DNA from: Octopus bimaculoides
Taxonomy: Eukaryota
Length of the DNA stretch: 64,000 bases
Direction of reading: 5' to 3'
Assembly (NCBI RefSeq): GCF_001194135.2
Contig: NC_068995.1
Coordinates: 55,264,574-55,328,573, forward strand
Part shown: piece by piece, positions 54,343-64,000 of the stretch
How positions within the stretch are numbered: the first letter of the stretch is position 1
Layout of the letters: each line of letters begins with the position of its first letter
Program-made: the position numbers and the translations under genes
Notes under the pieces: generated by a model
Databases searched by the model: none
What the model was told of the DNA's origin: nothing
The model's input: the letters and a program-made list of their open reading frames with translations, nothing else

Positions 54343-55357
54343 AATGAGATATGTGTATGTGTGCATGTGTGTATATGAGCGTGCATGTGTGTGTGTGTGT
54401 GTGTGTGTAGGCGCGAATGTTTACGTGTAACGAAATACAATACGAGTGTGTGTCTTAAGTTTTATACCCTCAACTGTGTTTGCGTCGATATCATTATTTG
54501 TACTATTTACGAAAGATTGAGTATTACAATTTTTAAATGTTTTCTCCTGTGATTTGCACAGATGTAAAAACATAATCTACCAATCATTATCTTTAAGAAG
54601 CAAAACTAGCAGACACAAGAGAGAACCAAATAAACAATAACCAATTCCTCTCTCTTTCTCTCTTCACTCTCTCTCTCCTCTCTCACTTTCACTCTTTCCA
54701 TCCCCACCCACACACACAAATGTTCCGAGTCCAAGACTCTCCAGAGAGATTAAATACATAGGAAGCATCTGGTAAATCTAGAACAATCTCTAAATTCCAG
54801 GCCTTTTGCCAAAAGAATTGAAAACGCGCATAATCTCTGTAGAGTCGTATGTAAAAGCTATGCATGGATATAATACTTCTCTGCTGTAATTTTCGAGAGT
54901 TAAATATTGAACATTCATGCGTAGTTATGCCTCATTTCATCCCACGATAAACTTGGCTGAAATCGCTGACAATAATCGCTACTTTAATACCACCCCCATA
55001 TCGATGACAATACGCATTTTAATAGCACACACAAATACCACTCCCACATTGGCTTCAAATTACTTATGACTAACTCCTTTTTACATTACTGCTATTGATA
55101 TCAATTAAAAGAAAACCACCTCTAATATTGTATTGTAGTAAATGTTTGTATCCATTAAATATAGACTGTTTTCTATTACATCAGTCCTTATTAATGAAAG
55201 TAACATATATTACAGAAAGATTGCATACATCTTACCAACCGCAAATTTGCAATAAAAATGAGCTTTTAAATAGATCTGAGAAATTATAAGCAATGCTTAA
55301 ATATGCATTGCCTTCAGTCGCAAGCAATTATGACATCTACACCATTTTATATGTATA

Positions 55358-55496
55358 TTCTTTTATTCTTTTACTTGTTTTATTTATCTGACTGCGGCCA
55401 TGCACGAGCACTACTTTAAGTCGAACAAATCGGGACTGAAACCGGAACCATGTGGTTGGGAATCGAGCTTCTTACCACAACAGCCACTCCTGAGCC
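55358..55496 (-). mobile_element. SINE family B with head fused directly to tail
   Basis: Both ends align to 32990-33379 and to the head at 48761; about 250 nt of middle is missing. Confidence 0.85.
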
Positions 55497-55650
55497 TATG
55501 TAAATATCTATCCTTTAAATTCGTGTATGGGAAACGCTTTTGAGTACGCATATAAAAGTGTCTGTGCTATTACGTCGGCTACGGGCTAGTGATTCAAACT
55601 TGCAACAGCATTTTTATGGGATCGTACCGAGTGATACTTATATGATGCAG

Positions 55651-55740
55651 GATAATAATAATGATAACAACAACAACAACAACAACAACAACAATAATAA
55701 TATTAATAATAATAATAATAATAATAATAATGATAATAAT
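55651..55740. repeat. (AAT)n/(AAC)n microsatellite
   Basis: Direct reading. Confidence 0.97.
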
Positions 55741-56246
55741 GCGTCCATCCTCAAATGGACTAAGGAAGAAATATCAGCAGGGGACAGAAGGACGAGAAAG
55801 TTGATGAGGCTGCATGGGGCGCTACACGCTAAAGCAAACGTAACCAGACTGTATGTGAAAAGAAAGCATGTTGGCAGAGGATTAATTAGTATAGACCGTT
55901 GTATAAGGAGTGAAAGGAGAACGCTTGCCGAGTATCTGATATACAGTGATGAAGACCTGCTGTAATATGCCGCGAAAGATATGGGTGTAAATGCAGATGA
56001 AATGATGGGCAAGCAATAGCTTAACCAAAGAGCTGAGGAGAAGAGAAAAGAAGACCTTCTTGAAATGAGAATGCATGGGCAGCTTGAAAGGAATACACAG
56101 GACGTTAAGGATAATACAGCGTCGTAGGCATGGCTTGAGGGAGGTGAATTGAAGCGAACCACCGGATCATTGCTTCACAAGAATAGGCTTTCGCTACCGA
56201 TTCAGAGAAGTATAATATCTATAAAATGTCTAACACCCAGAAATGC
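55741..56246 (+). mobile_element. R4/Dong-clade non-LTR retrotransposon fragment (RT thumb to start of CCHC finger)
   Basis: WTKEEISAGDRRTRKLMRLHGALHAKANVTRLYVKRKHVGRGLISI; MHGQLER; S*AWLEGGELK; IIASQE*AFATD...QKC. Confidence 0.85.
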
Positions 56247-56251
56247 ATATA

Positions 56252-56263
56252 TAGATAGATGTG

Positions 56264-56335
<72 letters not shown>

Positions 56336-56360
56336 CAGACAGGCAGACAGACAGACAGAC

Positions 56361-56425
<65 letters not shown>

Positions 56426-56438
56426 CATAGATAGATAC

Positions 56439-56477
<39 letters not shown>
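56252..56477. repeat. (GATA)n/(GACA)n microsatellite
   Basis: Direct reading. Confidence 0.97.
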
Positions 56478-58937
56478 CCGACCTTCTTATCATAGTTATC
56501 TTTGCAATAAACAGAATACATCATCTTTCCCAAATAAATAAATGAGTAAATATATAAATGAATAAACACCTAAATAAATAAAAGAATTCGTAATATATAA
56601 AAGCTTGATATATATCTGCAGAAAATCCAGATTCAGAAATAACAATAAAAATCGATTTTATGGATTGAAAGTATCAATTAAAGCTCCAGATAAGCTAAAT
56701 GTTTGTGTGAAATATTCAGCTTTCAAAGTTCATCATCTCAATTACATCACTTATGGGATAATTACAAACTGGACACTTTAATAGAAAGTATGTTAGCCTT
56801 ACGAGCATAAAGGAAGTATTAGCTTTATACAATATACTCCAAGGGTCTTATATGAATTATCACCAACAATATGAAGCTGTAAATTGTTAGTAATGTGTTT
56901 ACAGTTTCGTTAGTTATAAAGTGTCTTCATTTTAAACAGAATTGCTTTTCAGAATAATTCTAATGTAATTATAACAATATCCCAGTGGAGAATGATATTT
57001 TATAAGCAAAATTGCAAAAGCATACGATCGTTAACAGAAATGGCATTCAATTATATAATTCTTGATTGCTTCAAGCTAGACAGGAAAACCTGTAATAAAA
57101 ACAAATAAAAGCAACTGGTGATTTGTGTATTGCAATAGGTAAAGAAATCTTAAATGTGTTCAACCAAATATACCATATATATGAAGCAGTGGAATAAACG
57201 TGAACACACGAATATATGTGCATATATACATACACATATACGTGAATAAATGTATGTATGTGCGTGTGTGTGCATTTACAAATATAGAAACCTCTAAGAT
57301 TAGAAGTGATTAAACATCCAGACACACACTCACTCTGTTTTATTTCATAGTCCCTCGTTTTCTTTCGCTGCAATTGTTTTACTTCTAATTATTTACCAAA
57401 ATACTTATACAATGCCTCACCATTTAAGCAAACTTCCACATTAGTTCTTTGTACCTTAATGCAATAACGTGTTTCCTGATGATTTGTGTTGGTACAGCAT
57501 ACAAATGCAATTGGAATATCCAAAACAGTGTTCCAAGCAACAATAATGGAAAGATGTACATAAAAACTATTCATATAAACTTGTGTTTACCGTAAAGATT
57601 CCATCAGTTACTGAGTATTTCTTAATTAATAATACTACTAAATATAGCAGTCACTTAATCACCCTACTGAGAGTGTAGGACCTAGAAGGTGTAGTGCTAC
57701 CATGGTAGTGTTATCTGGACACGAACTCGGATCTGAGAAACTTTGGCTGAATGACCTGAGTAAGAGTGTGTTATAGTTGAAATTCTCTAAACATCCAAGA
57801 ACCCATGAAATATCACTCAGCACAAACCCATGTGAATCGCACGATGATGCATAAAAACATATTAAAGTGATTGTGTTTGTGTCCTCTTAAGCAAATTTAA
57901 GTTCCGTAAAACTTGGGAAGAAACGAGAATGAAAACCTCTTTCGAAATTTTATTGAACATTGCGACTTAGAATGTATTGCGTATCATATACTTGTGTAAC
58001 TCAACGCTTTCTACTATTCAAACCGTATTATTGGAAGCTCAGGTGTGAGTAAAATTATAATTGCCATTCTCAATTTATCCCTAGGTACTGTTTCGCCTTT
58101 TAGCAACTTTTAAAATCCAATTTAAAAATCTACTTTGCGAGTTTGTAGCATATGCTATAAAAGTCCCTAATGAATAATTCTGAATAGAATTCTAACTTGA
58201 AGACGAGTCTAGGCATATTTCCGATTTAATTCAAAATCTAATATGCTTTTTACTAAAGAAAATGGTTTTCCACAGATGTAGTTCAATATATATGTATGCT
58301 TGCTTACAATCATTTCTAACATTATTTTCAAGTTCCAGTCGTATGAGTTACGGAGTTATAATTGGATAGAAATATTTTTGTTATTTCTTTTTTCTTAGTA
58401 AATACTGAAATATTTTCTAAAATATATTTTTACATCCGTCGTCATGCTGGCGTGTATAATTCATCACCAAGAGAGTTTTCGCAGTAATTTTTTAGTTGAA
58501 TAAGAGAGATGTGCAGTACATTATATTTCACAAACTTTCTCGTGATAATGGAATTTGTAGAAAGTGTGAACACTATATTAGACGTAGCATGACCGAATAG
58601 ATTAAGTTTCACTACCTGTGTTCACATCAATAAAGTTAGACACAAGATATATAAAGCGATCTTCTGTGTGACACTTAACTCTATTCATTTCACTTTAAAT
58701 AACAACAGTAAATCTGTGAAGTCGTCTAGAAATGTTCAGTTATAAATGACAAATGAGAAATCGGCAGTCATTTCTGTATATGTTTTAGTTATTCTAAAAA
58801 CAATTGTTTGTCTGAGCTACCGGCGAATGTAGTAATCGTGTGGAATATTGTTCTGAACTCGTCAAATAAAGACTCGATTTGTTAAGGTTGCAAACTTAGG
58901 GTGCAGAATGGTGAGAAAGGTAAAGTGACGTCGTAGA

Positions 58938-59128
58938 GTCATGTCGATTCACAAGGGCTGCTTTACCGGTTTCTGTGGGGTATGTATGCCCCCACCTGAG
59001 TGGACAGGCGCAACGTGAAGTGAAATGTTTTGCTCAAGAACACAGTGAGTCGTCCGGTCCAGGAATCGAAATTACAATCGTATTGTGATCCTAAAAAAAT
59101 TGAAATACAATGTAACTAGTGAACTAAA
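58938..59128 (-). mobile_element. tRNA-derived SINE, family D-related, degenerate
   Basis: gcaacgtgaagtgaaatgttttgctcaagaacac is the reverse complement counterpart of 51960-51990; B-box remnant aggaatcgaa. Confidence 0.65.
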
Positions 59129-61002
59129 CATATTAAGGAAATAACTATTCAACCTTTGACAGTCAGTATAACACCAACCCAAGGAACAGCTAACCAAGAC
59201 CTTGAAACATATAGAAAATACAGCGAACATAGACTACAAGATGCACCATTTCTTTATCTATGCCATTTCAAACACATGAAACCACATCAAAAGCAAGTCC
59301 CATAAAAACTAAGAGAAAAGTGTATCCCACAACCAACGTCCTTTAATAATGTACAAGGAAAAAGGAAAACAGATATCAAATATGTATAACATGTATAATC
59401 AACGTTATAAAGTAAATTAATCGAAGAAATTGCTAATTAAAAATTAAAATATAATTGGGATTAAATTAAATTAAAATACATATACAAATACATAAAACAA
59501 TAAGAACCAAGGTGAAAACTACCTAATTAAAACAAATTATTAATGAAATATGAACAAAACTGACAAAACAATACATTACTAACTAAACGACAAGGCCTCC
59601 CTTAGTTGAGGACAACTGAAACAACATTTAAATTATAGAATAAATAAATATATATGGAGTTGATATCCATATATACACATAAGAACTATAACTATTCAAA
59701 ATTACTAAATTGCTACATGTTAAAAATAATGAATTAGTAGAGGAAAACGGAATACATACTTCGTTTTCGACGTGTTACAGAACAATGAAATTAAACAACT
59801 TGGTGTTCCAGCCAAGGTAAAAAAAAAATAATGCTTATGCAGAAGGAGAATAACATAGTTTTAATTTTCGGAGAAGACTAATTAAGCGATGTGTGTTTAG
59901 GCGGATAAGATGTTTAAAGACAACGGGAGGGAGATAAATGGGTGTATCATTCTGGTGGGGGTGTTAAGCAATTAGCTAGATTGCAGACACGAACAAGAGG
60001 TAGAACAAGAAACAGCTCGTCTGTAAATCAGTATGCTAATGAAAGCATCTTAGGAAAATGGCTGGATTTTTTTTTTAAATATGAAGTGTATTATATTTCA
60101 GTGCTTAACAGCCACAATATGCCCAAGATATTTGAGCAGTGCTCTAACATTGGACTGACGTAACCTTTTGCTGAATCAGCAACTAAGTTTAAACAGAAAT
60201 CCTAAATTTGTGTAATTCTATAATTAATATTCAGGGCCACAATACATTACAAACTTAATCAGTTATGTACGATTACTATATAATGATAAAGTTAATGCTC
60301 CAAATACAGTTGTATGAGAAATGACAGACAAAACTATGAGAAGAAGAAAGAGGTAAAGACAGTCCGAAAAGTATCTGAGCTCCAAATCGATATAGCAGTA
60401 TTGAGTTCCTAGCAACACATTAGAAGAATCAGGGATGATTTTTATAACGTTATTATTTAGTTGTTGAAGTGCACGAAGTAGAGAAAGCAAAAGTGTGCCA
60501 TGGCATTTCCTTTACAACAACAAAAAAAAACAATTAAATAAACGTCCTTGCTTATAAGACAAAGCCAGCCGCTCTCAAGCATATTAGATGCGTTATGGAG
60601 AATTTATATTTACATAATTCGATGTATGGGAAACGCAAGTTCCTGGGTTTACATATATAACTTCATATACGCAGAAAAACAATCGTAACGTTACATTCTT
60701 ATTGATATATTGAAGATAATGGCGGATATTGGACTAAATTTGTAAATTTGTTTTTCAAGAGGTGTCTACCCATGTTTTTACAGAAACATATCGAACGCAT
60801 CCCATAATAAGGGGAACAGAACACAGCTGAGACCAGTTCAGAATTCGTGAGATAGAGATGAAACGAAAAGCATTCACACCATGAATATTATGTCATATTT
60901 TACTTAAACTGTATGCAACCTGGATCATAAATTCCAATGAGCTGTTAATGTTTAAGATTGCAAGGAGTAACTTGACATCGGTTTAGCTGTTATTTGTTGC
61001 AG

Positions 61003-61119
61003 ATTAAACAAACTCTTGCAGCGTCGCTCTGTGACTCGAAGCAACTGGCGCGGAAGAGATGATCTTCTTCTGCTAATTCGCATCCACTATATTGTGGAAA
61101 CATATCATTTAGTCTGGAG
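61003..61119 (+). CDS. Orphan 117-nt exon candidate (phase 2-2), product unknown
   Basis: Acceptor ttatttgttgcag|, open LNKLLQRRSVTRSNWRGRDDLLLLIRIHYIVETYHLVW, donor gag|gtatga. Confidence 0.28.
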
Positions 61120-61880
61120 GTATGAGTGTGAGTTTGTTTGTGTTTGTGAGGGTTGTTTGTTTGTGCACGTGAGTGTGCGTGCGTGTGTGTGTGTGGATGG
61201 GTTTGTAAGTTGCTGTAGGCGACCTTTGTCAGTTGCTTTTTGTCTCGGATATTCCATCATCGTATTCTAGTCTCAGCTGCGTGACATAGGTTAAGTCAAG
61301 CCTTAGTGTTAGTAACAGATGATGAAATCTCTGTCATATTCCATCGGAACTGAGGAAAATCATGTTTACAATATCTTAGTAAGCTATCGGCTTTCAAACA
61401 AAACCCACAACTGGAGGAGAGAAAGACAACACTAAGGATCCACAAAATTGCTAGTAAATATTTCGTTCTCTGTTTTTTTAATTTTATTTATTTACATCTT
61501 CTTGTGATGCAGCAATGCATTATAGTTATAGCGGTTTACTTATAATTTAAATGTACCTTTAAATTGGTAGTGTTTTATAGAGAAAAGCCAGCATTGCATG
61601 TGTGCGATGAAGTGACACTGAAAATCAGGTAACTAGCATTTGATTGTTGGTCTGATATACTGTCGCTTGGCCAACTCGGAGTGTATGTATCTGGTACATT
61701 ATTAAATATAGTAATTTTATATTACGAAATGACTGTTGCTAATTCATAGTGAAATGGTCGTTATTTATAATCTGATCAATGCAAAATAATGCTTTGTTTG
61801 TGACTATTTACGTAGTCTCTCAGCTTGTTGCTAGCTTAGTTCTTACTGTAAGCAAAATATTCCGTCCAGACATTGACACA

Positions 61881-62040
61881 TAATCGATCGAATCAAACTC
61901 AGTATATTAGTATAAGTCTTAACGGATAAAAAGCAAAGGTGACCTCGGCTAGATTTCAGTTAGAAGCCAGAACGAGTGTAACTAAATACGTTAATGTATT
62001 TTGTTCTTCAGTTTAAATGCTGGACTATCTCTCCTACCAG
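61881..62040 (-). mobile_element. SINE family A, degenerate
   Basis: ggataaaaagcaaaggtgacctcggctagatttc aligns with 13965-14000. Confidence 0.6.
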
Positions 62041-63062
62041 CAGGCAAGAAAACGAATAAATGTTAGGAGAAAGAAAATAATGGAAGAAAAATGGACATAA
62101 AGTTTTTTGATTCTATTATATTACAAGACAAACGAGTAAGTACGAACAAGATGGTTACAGAGGGACAACATTCAAGTCTTATTGGTATGGGTTTTGATTA
62201 ACTCACTTAATTGAGCTTGTTTATTCTCTGCATATCGGATTAAAGTTTATGAGCATGCATACACTTAGTACGTTAAACATACGAAAGGCTTTTGAAATTC
62301 CAGCACTAACAAGAGGATTGCTACTAACATCGTTGATTTGATTCATCTAGCAAATCCAATCAATATAAGCGATGAATCTCCGTACAGCATATCAACTAAA
62401 AAAAATATCATTTACTTACTGGTTTTATTCAACATTCTGTCCTGTCATCACGACTCTTCCCAAACAGATTTTGTCAAATCTATATTTCCCCTAAGGTTTT
62501 ATGAACATAGGCAGGGCTGATGTTAGTAAAACAAAATAGAAAAAAAGTCGTAAAAATCAGCCAGCCTCATTGTGGACCTTTCATTATTTCAATTCGTACG
62601 CTACACAACCAGCTCTTATCCTCGCTCAACAATTCGATGCCCACCAAGACGTATCTGTGAAAATTTAAGACTAAGCATTAATTTATGTCGCCTTCACTAT
62701 ATTGACTGTCTACCTTGTAGAACTTGCACGTAGATATTTCGCAAAATCCTTATATCTCAAATTTCATTCGCTTAAATCCATCGTATAGATGCATCGTTTA
62801 GCTTTCAGCATAAGAACCTTCTCATATATTCGAACCAGTTTCAAGTAGTCTTATGTATGTGTGTATATATATATATATCTATGTGTGTATGTGTATGTGT
62901 GTCTNNNNNNNNNNNNNNNNNNNNNNNNNNTATATATATATATATATATATATATATCAAAAATTGTTATGGTAAAATATACTGATACCCTGATTTAACG
63001 AAACTACTGATGAGCCTACAAGTGTAGTCTAGTTATCTTAGAGACGCTCATAAGGTGGTTAC

Positions 63063-63256
63063 CTATCCTGTCAATATAATGCGCACATTTTACAGCTTTA
63101 AGGGTTTTTTTTGTACTTCTTATGTTTTGCAATATGGGTACTTCATCTCCCTCAATCACAATTAGCACAACATAATCCACGTTGATTTCATGAAATGGGG
63201 CCGGTGTAATTTCATTTAATCTATTTATATTTTGGATTTTTGCTAAGTCACTAACT
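63063..63256 (-). CDS. Orphan 194-nt coding exon candidate, product unknown
   Basis: Acceptor ttgtatcttctttag|, 64 open codons (VSDLAKIQNINRLNEITPAPFHEINVDYVVLIVIEGDEVPILQNIRSTKKTLKAVKCAHYIDRI), donor ag|gtaacc; non-repetitive, protein-like composition. Confidence 0.45.
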
Positions 63257-63306
63257 CTAAAGAAGATACAATGCGATTGAAGAACATCAAATATAGATAG
63301 TGTTTC

Positions 63307-63353
<47 letters not shown>

Positions 63354-64000
63354 CTGTGTGTGTGTGGTTGTGTCTCTGTATGTATGTATACATACATATC
63401 TATGTTCAGGCAGACATGCATACATAGGTACGTTAATATAGATGTATGTGCGTGTGTGTATGTGTGTTTGGTATATAATACATGCATATCAGTCAACAGA
63501 TCATTACTGTTAACAATTTGGTAGTATAATTCGTTTCTTGACAGGATGTTCGCTATCATTTTCAGCGACATATGCTCCTACATTTAAATACTGTCATGTG
63601 AATAAATATATTAATTTATAAAGATGAAAGCAAGGAGAATATCACATACTGCTTCATTTAATAAACATGAAAGCGTTAATATTTTACATTTATATTTTCA
63701 TTTTTCTATCGATCTCTTTTCAATTAATTGGACTTTTCAAATTCCTGTCTGTTAGGCTGTATTATAATTTAAAGACAACAAAACTAAACTACATATATTT
63801 ACAATCTATATAATCGTTCAGTCATTCCATAAGGAATTGATGCGTAGATTACTCGTTTTGGTCACTGAGCAAGCAATTAATGTTGACGATACTGATTAGA
63901 TAGATAACACAGGAATAGCGATTTTAGTTTTGAATAATTAGGCTGGGAAAAATTTCGATAACTTGGCAAAGACTCATATTATTCATAGCAGCATTTAGTC

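Noticed and set aside
55525-55538. Exact 14-mer TGTATGGGAAACGC repeated near 60624
   Set aside because: Many 14-mer matches are expected by chance in 64 kb of AT-rich DNA

Overview
AT-rich eukaryotic (animal) DNA, mostly intronic or intergenic, with dense microsatellites and 13 assembly gaps, most of them abutting simple repeats. The SINE families resemble, from memory and not from a database search, those of octopus/cephalopod genomes. No intact gene, rRNA, genuine tRNA or CRISPR array is present; most listed ORFs are microsatellite or N-gap artefacts. Supported content: a decayed mariner (D,D34D) with one TIR, fragments of R4/Dong-like, HERO-like (FMDD-type) and RTE non-LTR retrotransposons, about 15 SINE copies or fragments, and a few weak orphan exon candidates. 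The most interesting signals: (1) three unrelated minimal type-I hammerhead ribozyme-like motifs with palindromic stem III, the dimeric form known from Penelope-like elements (3137-3173 +, 21208-21253 -, 32559-32598 +), each with a different core or stem deviation; (2) a GC-rich hairpin module directly upstream of one of them; (3) a ~220-bp coding-like insert of unknown origin between 7-bp direct repeats (10997-11231); (4) a compact PBX-HOX/MEIS-like motif cluster.
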